64,000 bases of DNA from Camelus ferus (lineage: Eukaryota): assembly GCF_009834535.1 (NCBI RefSeq), contig NC_045696.1, positions 25,422,001 through 25,486,000 on the forward strand, given 5' to 3'. The notes under the pieces are model-generated. The model saw nothing but the letters and a program-made list of their open reading frames with translations, made no database searches and was not told the origin of the DNA. Position 1 is the first letter of the stretch, and every line of letters starts with the position of its first letter. Made by a program: the position numbers and the translations under genes. Below, in pieces: positions 12,330 through 25,692 of the stretch.

Positions 12330-12755
12330 GTCCAAAATAAGGATGTGAACATAGGTGATTCATTTGGAAGGGGATCCCAGGATGCAGTTAAGGAAATGAA
12401 GAAGTGGAAACATGAAGTGTGCTTTACTGAGCAGACTAGCACTGAGGGCAACCGAGGCACAATTGCTCTACAGAGTCTGGGAGGCAGGGTAGAAAACATT
12501 TCAGAGTTACCCCCTCCATGTGCAAAAATGGGTTACGTATCCACCAAATCTGCATCCATCGTGGATGGAAGGCTGCTTCCAGAAGCACTAACTCTTTGAT
12601 ACTTCCGGCTTACCCAGAACAAGGGCCGTGCTTGCCCCAAGTCGGAACAACACCTGCAGGCAAAGAGTCACAGGTGTTCGAAGTAAACAGCCTTTGGGCC
12701 CTAGAGGTATGAGTTGATGGAATATGGCAGACTCCGAACAGTCTGCCTCTACCAC
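12330..12755 (-). mobile_element. ERVL solo LTR (LTR33-like)
   Basis: atttggaaggggatcccagga...gggcaaccgaggcacaat...tatccaccaa...taactctttgatacttccggc resembles the antisense LTR33 consensus. Confidence 0.7.
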
Positions 12756-14422
12756 AAAACGTAAACTTCTCGGTATGTAGCAGTGTTGTCTCAGCCCATC
12801 TCCAGCCTAACCACTAGCACATACAACAGAGCACATTCTGAAAATATGGATATTAAATTTTGAATTTGATGTTTGTGAAAGGCTCTGTGTTGTATTCAGT
12901 GGATGTGGTAAATAGTAGGTACTGGAACTTGGTGTGATGGAAATGAAAATGTTTATTCTATCCCAAGCAAACCATTCAAGATGCCTTTTCCTGGCAAAAC
13001 TACAAATTACATCATGCCGCTCAGTTTTGCGAAACCAGCATTAGGATGTTTTGTGCAACATCCAGATATAGTTTGAATTACTTGGGTGGAAAAAGGGTAG
13101 AGGAAAGTGTCTAAGAAATCTAGGGTGTTGGGTGTTCTGTTCTCCCTTTGCAGAAATCCTCTGAGGAAGCTTCTGTGAATAATACATGTTAGTACCTGAG
13201 CAACTTGAATGGAAATGGCAGACACCCAAGAGAAAGCGTTTCCTAGTCTAATTTAGAGCTTTTACAAAGGAACTGTTGGTCAAAAGAATCTTAAGTATTT
13301 GAAAAAAGGAACAACTGTTTATTCTTGAAAGGTTGTGTATAGAAACCAGAGGCAGAAATGTAGTTTTCAGAAGAAGCAGATTGACCAGCCAAAAATTAAA
13401 CACCCGCAGGAGAAGGCTCAGTTCACTAGAGAGCTATTAATGGCCTTTGTCATTATATTCATTCTGTCCATGTTCATCTCATCAGATATTTTTTTAAAAA
13501 GTGTGGGTGTGTATCCTCCAGTGAGAAAGCAAGGGAACTAATTTGTATCTGGATAAAGTTCTTCCCTTGCCTCTTGGAGACAGATGAAGAAATGCAGCAA
13601 ATTAAATTTCAAGTCCATTTTCATGTTAATAATAAGAGGAATAGCTCAAAACCTCTTGCTTAATGTCTACTCGCAGCTGCTAGTCTGTGCGGTTTCATAC
13701 AGCCTAATTTTCACTCCTAAGTGGAAAACTTGAATTGTGTCAGGATCTGGCTTCAATTCAGTAAATGTGCTACATTAACGGGGCCAGAGGAAGAGAGAGA
13801 AAAGAGAGAAGAGACCTCTTTTGAGACCTCAAAGAAAAACCTCAAAGAAAATGGAAGTTGTTTTGACAGTGTCCACTCCCTGCTTGCCTTTCAGAAGAAA
13901 TGCAGTGAATGAAATAGCCAAAGATCATTTTCTCTTAGGGCAGATGAACAGAAGGAGGTGGTGGTCTGCATAATTCACAAACTGAGGAAATGAACTATGA
14001 GTACATTTAGAAAGCATGGAGAAAACCTTACAACTCAATTCACTATTTACAGATGAGCTATAAATTTTCAAGAATTATATGGCGAAATGACCTGGGAATA
14101 TATTGTGTGCATCTCTGTGTCAAAAACTACCCCGGTAACTTATCCCTGCCTCTTGTAATTTAGTCAGGATGCTGTCTTGGATGTGTCGTATAAATCTCTC
14201 CTGAGACGTCTTCAGCCTTTGCCAGTTTTTCCTTTCTCTGGTGAAAATAGTACAGAGTTGAGAACTGTCCACAGGACATTATTATTTTCTATTATTTTTA
14301 TGGGGGCTGGCTCTTTATTTTGTGGCTTGAGCAGTGCCTTTTACAGAATACGTGCTATTGAAGTATTAGCTGCTATCAGTACTATTACTGCTGCTGCTAC
14401 TACTATTAAACGCAGTCTGAAT

Positions 14423-15264
14423 CTGTCTATGAGTCTGTTTCTGTTTTATATTTATCTTCTTTTTTTTTAGATTCCACATATGTACAATCTCATATGGTAT
14501 TTTTCTTTCTCTTTCTGGCTTACTTCACTTAAAATGACATTCTCCAGGGACATCCATGTTGCTGCAAATGGTGCTATGTTGTCGTTTTTATGGCTGAATA
14601 GTATTCCATTGTATAAATATACCACATCTTCTTCATCCAGTCATTTGTCGATGGACATTTAGGCTGTTTCCATGTCTTGGCTATTGTAAATAGTGCTGCT
14701 ATGAACATCAGGGTGCAGGTGTCTTTTTGAAGTAGGGTTCCTTCTGGATATACGCCCAGAAGCGTGGATTACTGGGTCATATGTTAAGTCTATTCCTAGT
14801 CTTTTGAGGAATCTCCATAATGTTTTCCACAGTGGCTGCACCAAACTGTATTCCCACCAGCAGTGTAGGAGGGTTCCCTTTTCTCCACAGCCTTTCCAGC
14901 ATTTGTCATTTGTGGACTTTGAATGATGGCCATTCTGGCTGGTGTGAGGTGATACCTCATTGTAGTTTTGATTTGCATTTCTCTGATAATTAGTGATACT
15001 GAGCATTTTTTCATGTGCCTATTGATCATTTGTATTTCTTCCTTGGAGAATTGTGTGTTTAGGTCTTCTGCCCATTTTTGGATTGGGTTGTTTGGTTTTT
15101 TTCTTATTAAGTCATATGAGCTGCTTATGTATTCTGGAGATCAAGCTTTTGTCGGTTTCATCTTTTGCAAAAATTTTCTCGCATTCCATAGGTTGTTGTT
15201 TTGTTTTGCTTATGGTTTCCTTTGCTGTGCAGAAGCTTGTAAGATTAATTAGGCCCCATTTGTT
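14423..15264 (-). mobile_element. Inverted 5' segment of a relatively young L1: ORF2 C-terminus (Cys-rich domain) and start of 3'UTR, frameshifted
   Basis: Minus-strand peptides [44 protein letters not shown] and [18 protein letters not shown] match L1 ORF2p but lie in three separate ORFs. Confidence 0.95.
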
Positions 15265-15532
15265 GTGGTTGCCAAGGGGGAGGTGGGTGGAAAGGGACAG
15301 ACTGGGAGTTTGATATTTGTAGATACTGACAGGCATATGTAGACTAGATTAAACAAGATTATACTGTATAGCACAGGGAAATGTATAAAAGATCTTGTGG
15401 TAGCTCACAATGAAAGAGAATGCGACAATGAATATATGTATGTTCACGTATAACTGAAAAATTGTGCTCTACACCAGAAATTGACACAACATTGTAAACT
15501 GACTGTAACTCAATTTAAAAATTTTTTTTTAA
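15263..15532 (+). mobile_element. Sense 3'UTR and tail of the same L1 insertion
   Basis: ttgtggttgccaaggggg...ctgtatagcacagggaa...ttgacacaacattgtaaactgac, then an A/T tail; TSD AAACGCAGTCTGAAT (14408-14422) / AAACGTAGTCTGAAT (15533-15547). Confidence 0.93.
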
Positions 15533-16029
15533 AAACGTAGTCTGAATGTGTTATAGAACTTCAGATGAAAATTTCTCAAGTCAACAGGCTTTCTCTCTGT
15601 AAAAATCCCCTTTTCGGCAAACACTGCACAGTGTATCACGTAAAAGGTAATCAACTGAAAAAGGGGAAGCACAGTTTAAAGATCAGTTCCATTCTAGTTT
15701 TTCTTATTGGTCACCTATCAGAATCAGCTGAAGTATTCCTTAAAAATGTAGCTTCCTGGGAGCTACATCAGACTAACCTCATGAGAATCTCTGAGAAATG
15801 GGGCTTTGGAGTATTTTTTAATCACTGGAAAATTTAAGAACTTCTGCTAGTCTTTTCATTAAGATCTAGCCACATGGCTTTAACCTTCCCTGGTGAAACT
15901 TTTGGTAGAGTGTTCATACACTAGATATGGCCAAACATTTCTCCAAAGTATATTTTATGCTATTTATTATTATTATCATTATTATTTTACCATTAAAACC
16001 ATAAATATCTTATAGTTTTTTAACCTCCA

Positions 16030-16230
16030 TTTTTACTCAAAATAAATAGTGGATATTTTCAATGTCATTAGAGATGTTTCTACAATTGTATTACTTCTTA
16101 AAGTTTTATGACATTTCATTAAAATTATCGACAGGCATTTAATCAATTCTATTGTTAGACAGTTTAGTTATTTCCAGCTTTTTTGGAAATATTAAAATCC
16201 TGAATTAACATCCTGATCATATACACTTAC
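16030..16230 (-). mobile_element. Ancient L1M (L1ME-like) fragment
   Basis: atttaatcaattctattgttagacagtttagttatttccagctttt...aacatcct antisense ORF2-end motif. Confidence 0.6.
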
Positions 16231-17605
16231 TTTAAAACCATGAAAATACCGTGATACACTCTACAATTCCAATGATACACTCTTTACAATTTACAATTAT
16301 TATAGCAGACGTTCAGTTACTAGCAAAAGAAGGTGAAGATTTTTTAAAGCAGTTAATGAATAAAATGAGTACATTTTTATGTAGTCCAAGTACATTACAT
16401 AAGTTATATTTAAATTAACTTTCTTAAAGTATAATTGTCCATTGCAGTGAACATAAACAATTAAATAAAAAACTCCAGGTTGTCAGCATTTGATGGAAAG
16501 AGAATATTTTTCAATTTCAGATGCTGTAGCCACTTGAAACTGAGAGAAATTTAGCTTTAGTCAAACCAGGAAAGGGGAGGAAGAGGAAGCACTTAGTCTG
16601 TTTGGTAGATATTATTATGATTTTTTTTATTGAAGCCAAAGTAACCTTCAAAATATTTCCTTCTATTTTGAAAAAATTATTTCCCAAGCCAAAAGGGCTT
16701 TGAAGGGGGTTTTCAAATTGAGCCATTTTCCAGAAAAATTCTCTTGTACATGAGTATGGATGGCAGCAAATTAAAACTAACAAGAAAGTTTGATGTGAAT
16801 ATGCCCGCTGAGTTTGTGTGGAGGGAGCAGAACTCTGAACTTCAAATGTAGAAGCCTAAGACCTTGCAACTGATAATAGGTTTTAATACAAGGAAATGAA
16901 CAGAACATCACCAGCATGCCCTCTGTTTCCTGTGAAAAGAATGCACATTTGAGATAATCAAGTACAGTCCACCCAGGGCAAAACCACCACAGTAGTTCAG
17001 ACTTAAGGATTTTTGCAATCCTCTGATTAATACCAGGTTGCTGTCTTACCAAGATGTTATCACCATCCATTTATGATCGATAAAACTATTAACTAATTGT
17101 CGTTCCACAGCTAATCCCTTCATAGCCCTTATGAAATTCTGATTTAAAGAATCTCTTCAAACATTTTAAAGGAGAGATACTTAGAATTGTTGGAACCTGC
17201 TGAAACTTGTAGCCAAAGTTTATTCAGCACTTATTCTGAATCAGACTTTATACATGCTCATTCATGTATTCCTCAAAATAATTTAAAAAGGTAAATTTAA
17301 TTATGCCCATATCAGGTGAGAGATTCAACTTCAGATTAATTAAAATATCCAAAGTTTGCTAGGTAGTGAGTGATTGGATTACTAATGAAGTACCCTATGT
17401 TCCTTTTCATTCTTACCAGCCTGGTTCGCAGAGTGAACAGCAGCTTTGATAGTACATACCATAAAAGGAATCTGTTCTTAAAATAGCAGCTAATAAGTTG
17501 TAAAGAACAGTGGAAATACAAATTTTAATTAAAGTACATCATTGAGTGATATTTTAGTCATAAACAATAGAGGAATATCTTGACTTTTTCATTCATATAA
17601 TAGTA

Positions 17606-17846
17606 CAGTGATCTCAAAACTTCCTGATCATGTCCCCTTATCAGTAAAAATGTTTTGACCTTGCCAAATATATGTATTTAAAATATGTATCAGTGATATA
17701 CATGCTTTACTGAATTATATTTTTTATAAATTATATCCCAAAATGCAAATTTAAAGGGATCAAAGGTATAAGTCATTTTGAAGTGCTTGTTTTCCTCTCT
17801 TCTTCCAAAAGATCATTTTGCATGCCCCATTTTGTAGACTGCTATG
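17606..17846. mobile_element. Possible hAT-Charlie MITE remnant
   Basis: Starts cagtgatctcaaaactt and ends ttttgtagactgcta, resembling decayed Charlie TIRs. Confidence 0.3.
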
Positions 17847-19190
17847 ATATATTCACCATAAGCCTTCCAGAAAGAAAGACACACTTATTATGGGTGAATG
17901 TAAAGAAATAGTTCACTCCTGAAATGTGCTATACTGTGTTTGTAAATCTAGGGGAGAGAAGTGGTTATAGTGTATATCTTACAAAAATTCTCTTAATCAG
18001 ACTTAACTATTTTGCTGTATTTCTAGAGCTGTGGCGTGTTCTTGGCTAGCTGGAAACTCTCTGCATACAATCCCTGCAGGCTGAATTTTATACATATCAA
18101 AAATCCGTTCTCTTTGCTCCCCTCCAAAATAGAGTTTAACTGTTGTGCATTATCCTGTGATTTAATCCCCAGAATTTACTTCTGGATCAGTGAAACTGAA
18201 GTCGGGAGCACCAGATAGGGAACTTACTATGAAGAGTCTTTAAATACTTGCTCAGCATCATTAGGTTGTTCATAAAAGAACCACTAATAAACGCTTTAGA
18301 AAGGTTGAGTTTATTGCATATGTTGGATATTCTCAACATGGTAAATGTTCCACCTGCTCATACTTGCTGCAAGTATAGAGATGGGGAAATGTTTCTGATC
18401 CTGGAGTAAAGAAGCTATAAACAGTTTTACACTACATTAAGTACCAAAGTGAAGTTGAAGGGTCTGATAATTGGAAAAGTCATTTATTGAAATAATCTTC
18501 AACATCCTGAACATCGCTTCTGTTGTAATGCCAAGTAACAGAAACAGCCAACATATCAGGATGCTTAGCAAAAGAAGAAGTCCGTTTCCACATGTTCTTA
18601 GTTCTGTGATTTTATGTTTTTCCAGTGCTGATAGAAGTGGGAGAGTGGATAACCAAGCAGAAGCAGGTTTTAGGATTTAAAAATTGTCCCAGAAAGTAGA
18701 TACTCAAAGTGAAGTTCAAATGACTAATACAAAGATTGAAAAACTTCAGGAAACTGTGATGTTTCAGGAAATTCATACTTTTAATATATTTTTATATCAG
18801 TTTTTAAAACAGTGATATTTGAATTTTAGGTTTTGTAATTAATTTACAGTAATAAAATTAACCTAATCTTTAAATTGGAATTTATTTATACCTAACATTT
18901 TACCTGAAATTTTCAGAGTGAAAGGTTTTAATCTGGTAGAAAAAAAGACGAATATTCAAAGAAATGACTTTATGATGATGTAAGTTGAACTACTGAAATT
19001 TGATGATTGTATTTCTTGCATTCTGTGTTGTTATTCCATTACTGAAGGTTTATAAACAGCCTGAAACACTAAAAAAAGAAATCATTCTAAAATACTTGCA
19101 TTTTAAATGTATTATTTATTTTGAAAAGACATTTTCAAAAATATATTAGAGCATTTTTACTAGAGATAATTTAGAAACTAGTAAAATGCC

Positions 19191-19577
19191 TGTTATTCAT
19201 GATGGGCTGGGTCATATGTGATAACCAACTACAAATTTGAATGGCTTAAGATCATAAGGGATTGTTTTCCTGTCATGCAAAGTCCACACTGACTCCAAAT
19301 GCCTTTCCAGGGAGACTGTTCTCCACATTACCACTCAGGGTTCCAGGATGCTTGAGTAGATCTTGTAACAGGGTAACACAATAGGGGAGTAAAGCAAAAC
19401 TTTCCACTGCCTCAGCCTGAAAGTGACGTGTGTCACCCCCTCATACAGCCCATTGGAACCGCCCTGTGGACTAGACCTTCAGCCTCTTCCAGATGCAAAG
19501 GAGCATGAGAAATGGGGACTCCCTGTACCTACGAGAGGAGGAGAACAAAATTGATGAATACTAGCAATGTCTACTCA
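19191..19577 (-). mobile_element. Old MaLR solo LTR (MLT1K/L-like)
   Basis: aatggcttaa...cactcagggttccaggatg...gcctgaaagtgacgtgtgtcac...cccattgg...atgtctactca. Confidence 0.7.
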
Positions 19578-20749
19578 AATGCATCCAAACGTGGCATGAT
19601 TTGTTCTCCTCCTGCAGTGAGTTAAACAGGAATATACCACTTCTTTTAATATATTCTTTGAAAAAAAATACCTACATTGAGTGTCTCTGCCACCAAATGC
19701 CATTTGTCCAAGAATTGGGTAATGCATTTCTTTTAAATTATATGAACTTAGCCATATATATTTACTATAACATCATGATAAAAATTAACTATGACCTAAA
19801 GAAGATATTGTTTGCCCTTTCCTTGAAAAATCTTAGATTGTTGTTCAATCATTAACTCCCAAGAATATTCCACATTTGCCATCTGTGAACTTTATAACAG
19901 TGGAAGATTTCATCAAGCCATGACCTAAGGTCCTGAGAATGATTTGAAAATTTCTGGGCATAACCAGTGGCTGTTTCTCTGCCAGCAGTGGCTCCAGGTG
20001 AATGGGGGACACTGCTGGCAATCTCATACTCCGTAAAGAGTTTACAATTCAAAAGCACTTTGTGGCCAGGAAAAGATACTTTATAAATCAATAAGTTACT
20101 ATAATACTATAAGCGTTTGGACCCTAGTGAACCATTGGATTCAATCTGCATTGCTTAAAGTCAATAAGAACAGAGAGGGAAAATCATTTCTGACTAAGCG
20201 GATTCTTTCTTGTAGGCGATCAGGTGTGAGGGTGGGTGTGAGAGTGAGTAGAGAAAGAAGGAGAGGACGGTGAACGGGGTGCAAAGAGCTCATTTTAGCT
20301 GCAAGAGGTTGTTATGCGACCAGCAAGAGAGCGTAGGCCTGTTTAAAAGTTTCATTCGAGAACTCATATCTTCAGATCATCCCTCCTCTCTGATAAATGT
20401 ATGTTTAGGCAGTTAAAGACAAAAGTTAATTAGAAGGAAGAAATTGTTTTGTTCTGTTTTATTTTCTGACTGAATTCTGATGCAGCTGAGAGTATAAATC
20501 AAAACTTGGCAGAAGTTGATCTAGCTAGTCTCCTCAATTTCCCAGCCTCTGTAGGGAGAATATTTTATTGTCATACTATTAAACCAAAGGTGCTTTTATT
20601 TTTTATTGTTTTTCCTCTTCCAGCTTCTTTTTAAAATATCATACATTTAAATAAACATTTTTAGTTGGTAAAGCAACCAGCCAAACAAGCCGCAGGTATT
20701 CAGTTAAGCACATTTTAATTGTCTAAAATAAAAAGTGTAAATGCTCCCT

Positions 20750-21500
20750 GACAAAATAAACTTGTATTTTGTACCTGCTTGAGTGCTCAGTATTCAGTAT
20801 GGTGCCTAGTCAGCAATAGCTTATCAGTTAAAACTTGATGACTGAACAGAATCAATCTATTAATATATCACTACATTAACTGACTCTATTAATTTGCAGA
20901 TAAGGAAAAAGAGGCATAGAGAAATAAAGCCTTTCACGTGGAGTCACAGAGCTCCCCAGTGTATGTGTACCCATCTACCTATGAAATGCAGGCCCATTTC
21001 TCTGCATTTTATATGGGTGTTTCTCCAAAGGCACTAAAAAGTGATGCAGAAGAGAGGTCTTTCAGTAAACTTGATTATCCTTTTCCAGTTATGATTTATT
21101 TTCTCATCCATCCATTCAATCATTCATTCAACATTTATGGAGTATTTAACAGGGAACAAATTCTGGGGATTCTGACCTGTTCAGTTCATAGTCATTTGCT
21201 TTTAAGAGCTCACATAATAACAGAGGTACAACAACCACAACCACAACCAACCACCGCCCATATGTTATGCCAACTGCAAAGTGAAAAAGAATATAGATAC
21301 CGCGTTGGTTTTGCAAACGTTGTCTGGCCAAGGCTTGCTTAAACAAAAAAGAATAAGAGTTTATCAAATCGGAAAGAAGTGAAAGTTATCTCTTGCCAGA
21401 GAAACATCATTAGGGCAGGTGGAGGGTGCTGTGATCCAAGCGTGTGGGAGACTGAGGCATCTGCGGGACCTAAACTGATGGTAAACTCAGTGTAACTGAA
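20750..21500. mobile_element. Cluster of decayed L2 and MIR fragments
   Basis: L2 3' end on + (about 20750-20850), MIR core on - (tttgcagataaggaaaaagaggcatagaga), L2 on - from catccattcaatcattcattcaacatttat. Confidence 0.55.
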
Positions 21501-21539
21501 AGGTGGTGAGAGCTTTTGGTGGAAATATGGTTGAAATGC

Positions 21540-21710
21540 TAGTTCGTTCCATCTTTTACTGACTGCTGAATTTGAGCAACTACTTCACTTCTCCAACTTT
21601 CAATTTCTTCATTGTAAAATGGGCTCATCCTTACCATCAAATATAGTTCATTGTGAGGACTTAATTAAATAAAATCATAAAGCATTTAGCACAGTGACTG
21701 GCACATGAAA
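21540..21710 (+). mobile_element. MIR SINE
   Basis: ttgagcaactacttcacttctc...tttcttcattgtaaaatggg...aaagcatttagcacagtgactggcacat. Confidence 0.8.
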
Positions 21711-24179
21711 ACAGACACAATATATAAATACCATGACTATATGTTGTGTGAATATAAATACAAATGCAATAGTACATATTTATTTGTTCAAATAATGTAT
21801 ATAACAGGGAAAAATCATTCAACATTCTGTAACTTAACTTAATATAACCTTATTTCCAAACACCAGCTTGAAAAATAAATTGTCTGAGAATCTGTTGACC
21901 ACTTATCTTGGAAGAAATATACTCAAAAGAATATGAATATGGTAGGATGTTAATGATTGGTATGAAAAAAAGTTTTGTCAAATTAATTTAAATTTAATTT
22001 ACTCGGGTCAAAACCTGAGTAAAGTTAAAAGTTTTATTTACCAAATGACTTACCACGACCTTTAAGAAAGAGATAAGGTATGCAATTCACCGATTTATTT
22101 CACCGTAGAATGCTTTTATTGTGGAATATCTCGTGTCATTATTGTTTCTTAACACTTTGGAAAATCATGCCATAGACATTTATTTCTATCCAGCCTTGTC
22201 ACATTCCAAAATTGAAGCTAGAAGTTGTCTGGCACTCAGCTAGGTACTTTGCATATCTTATTTTATCCAACACATATATAGCAGTAGGAAGGACAAAAAT
22301 TCCACCACCATAGGCAAGAAAAGTACTTATTCTTATTTTTTGTTTTATATTTGTTTTTTATGTGGTGTCAGTGTTGTCCATTCAGTTAAATTCATAATTT
22401 CCATGCTATTCTTTATCTTGAATCTAAATTAAATAAGCAGAATAATATGTATTTTTGTTTAGTCCTCATTCCAATTCTTAGAACCTAATACATAGTAATT
22501 AAAAAAAATTATCTCTTTATATTTGCCTATTGATCAAATTAGACAAAGTTTGCTATCTTTCTCCTACAGTAATCCTGGTAAATATTATGCATTACTATAA
22601 TCCTAAAAGGAGATTTAAAATGCCTGAACTTTTATTGACTAGTTCCCCTTGTCATTCACATTCTTTTCAGAGGAAGGAAAAAAAATCCAAACACACACAT
22701 GGCAAACACATAGACAGGAGTGATCTGATTCTAATATGCTATTGTCCATGTTGCCTCAGATATTCATTAGAGAAATGAATATTGGTTTTTATTTGTCTGC
22801 ATGTCATGTCTGGCTGTGGCGTACATTATGCCAATGCTATTTTGGATTGATTGCTGACAGCAGCATCATTCATTATGCATGTGAGAAATGAAGAGCTAGA
22901 GACAATTTTTTTTTCAGTTTGACTCCATGAATATACAAAAAGGTTGGAATTTCTTTGTGCTGATAATCAGACAATAAATGTCTCATTACCATGTTTAAAC
23001 TACATACAAGTTATAAGCATTTGGAGTATAGTGATAGCAATGCCTTCTTTTGAGGCTTAGCTATGGGAAAAGCGTGATGCAGTAAAATGGGATCAGTACA
23101 TAGTAATAGGCATTCCAGCTTTGCCAACTGCAATGTTAGAATTGTTTCAATATTAATCTGGTGATGGATCGATACCACATCTGCAAAGAAGATAAAAAAT
23201 TCAGTAAACGAGAATGAGTATTGTAGTTGCTCAGATTACTTCTGATAAACTCAGGTAGAAATTTAACGATAACTTGTGGCTCAGTTCATGTTTTCTTCAT
23301 GTTCTAGTTTCACTGCCAATCATGGTTCACCACTGAACTATAACCACTGTTTAAAAATCAGATATTGCAAACTGACTAAAGCAACTAATTAACAAAGTGC
23401 GAGAATAATGCATCAAAGATGAGATGCAAGTATCAGAAGATACTTGCCTTCAGTGACTCAGAACCACAGACAAGGTGTCTTGAAACTATATTTTTAATGT
23501 CAATGGTCAGTTTTCAGTTATCAAAAGACATATGAATCACAATATGAAAGCATATTAAGTGTATATCAAGTTCATTTTTATACTGCTTTAAAGGAGGTTG
23601 TAATTTTGCTGAGTTTTGAAGAAAATGAATAGCCTTCTTAAAATGGGGTCGGGACTCTATACATCATTTTTGTAAGAGAAAGAAATTTATCTTGTGTTAG
23701 AGCTCAAAATTCCTAAGTATTTCTAAATATTCTAAAAATTTCTACATAAATGCAAGAATATTGCTATTAAAAATAATGAGAAAGTTTAGAAAGGGTATGT
23801 TTTTTGCCAAGTGTTTATGCTTGTCTTTGTGTGTGTGGCAATACTTTGTAAGCAGTAAAACATTTACACTTATGAAAAATACTAAGATCTTTGTGCAAAT
23901 GATGTAGTGTTTTATTTCTCCCAAGATTTAACTTCCCAAAACATACTGGAAGAAAGTAATAAACCTGAATAAATGTATAAGTAGTAAAACATCAGAAAAC
24001 CTATCAATGTAATTATTAATATAGTCAAAAGAAAAATAAATGCATTATCATGTAAAATATGTAGAAATCTATGGGTCTGTAGTAAATATTTTGGTAAAAA
24101 TTATTGTGAATGTAGGCTGGACTTACCCATCTCTTTTGATGGACAGAATAAGGAGAATTGATGCTTTGTAATGTAGTGA

Positions 24180-24545
24180 TGCCCTTCCTGGCTCTTGTTC
24201 CCCCTTGAATTGCACATGGTGAAACAAACTAGGTTACAAGGGTACTCAAGCATTCGTAAGGAATGACACATATAGTTAGGAATAGAGCCCTTCCATCAAC
24301 AACGAACATCAACTTACCAGCCATGTGAGTGAGCCACTTTGGAAGGAAATCCTCTAGTCTGTGGATGATTACAGCTCTGGCCAACAGCTTGACCTTACTG
24401 AGAGTACCCCTAAGCCAAAAGCACACAGCTAAGTCACTCCCAAGATCCTGACCCCTACAAAATGTAAGAGATAACAAGTGTTTATTGTTATTTTAAACCA
24501 CTAAATTCTAGAGTAATCCATTATGCAGCTATAGGTAACTAACAA
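24180..24545 (+). mobile_element. MaLR LTR (MLT1F-like)
   Basis: ccagccatgtgagtgagcca...cagctaagtcactccca...tgtaagagataa...ttttaaaccactaaatt...ttatgcagctataggtaactaaca. Confidence 0.85.
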
Positions 24546-24619
24546 CAACAAAAAAAGTCAGGACACACTAAGCTCCAGTGATTAAGACTCTGCCAGCTAT
24601 AGATTCAGAAGTGAATAGA

Positions 24620-24890
24620 ACTGTGATATAGAACAGATAATCAAGAAACAAACTCATGCATCAATAAACTCTTGATGTATTGCAGAACCACCATCATTGT
24701 AGAACAATAAGGAAAGAATTCAGAAAATCTAATAGAAAAAAATATGGGATTCCTACATTGCACTATATATAAAAATATCTGATGGCTTAAAGATTTAAAA
24801 GTTAAAAAGATGAAGCTTTAAAATTTTAAGAAAAAGTAAGAAAATATCTTTATGGGTTTGGGATTGGGAAGAAATTTTTAAACAAGATGA
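24620..24890 (+). mobile_element. Ancient L1 ORF2 fragment
   Basis: ttaaagatttaaaagttaaaaa...aaatatctttatgggtttgggattgggaagaaatttttaaacaaga. Confidence 0.65.
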
Positions 24891-25629
24891 TATTTCTAGA
24901 AGAGTTATGCAATTGAGCTTTAAAATTATCTGAAAATATGTTAGAATAATTTTTATCAAATTATTCATAAGTTATGGTACATAGAGTACTATAACCTGAC
25001 ACTGGGTTTTTACCAGCTATTCTTTGAGAAACGGGCTGAGCCTAGATAATGGGAAATTTGTAAGTTTATAAATCTATAATCATTCTCCCAAATCCTGAAT
25101 CTTTCTTTCTTTTTTAAATGATTCTTCTATGCCCTATGGTATGTTTATGCCACTGATAGTTGCTTAGAAGCCTTTCTGTTTAAAAATAACACAGAATAAG
25201 AGGAAAAACTCTTAAGTAAGCATTGAGAAGAGCCAGATTCACTCCCTTCAGATTTTTCACTTCTTTATCTAATCCTCTTCCACTTCCCCTGCCACCAATA
25301 ACTTCAGTCACATCTAGACTCCTGAGTACAAACATCATCTCTGTCCTTTTTTATTAGCCTAGATATGACCCAAATAGCTCTTCCTTTTTTTCTCAGTTTA
25401 GCTGAAGCCACCTGGAATTTCCTAAGGTGATTTATTTCAATATTTAATCAGTGTTAGGGGAAATTAAGAATAGATGAATAAGCACAATGCCAAAAGATAG
25501 TAATAAAAATTTGCAGAATATCAATTTTCTTTCTAACCTGATAAAACACTAGGCTCCGTGTGCAGTCCCAGTTTCAGACTTACTGACCTAAGTTCTTTCC
25601 TGTCAGTTCCTGATTGGATGTGAAACAGT

Positions 25630-25692
25630 TAAAATTTTTTTTTTCTTAAAATGAGAAATTTAGGATCTACTTTCTTAGCAACTTTCAAATAA
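25630..25692 (-). mobile_element. Short L1MA 3'UTR fragment
   Basis: atgagaaatttaggatctactttcttagcaactttcaaata. Confidence 0.55.

Noticed and set aside
13134..13193. Plus-strand acceptor gttctgttctccctttgcag with a possible 34-nt exon
   Set aside because: Weak donor (GTTAGT), no recognisable peptide, no partner exons
16252..16298. Repeated TGATACACTCT and TACAATT units
   Set aside because: Ordinary short slippage duplication
17411..17474. Minus-strand 55-nt exon candidate ending CTG|GTAAGA
   Set aside because: Poor polypyrimidine tract; none of the three frames is recognisable
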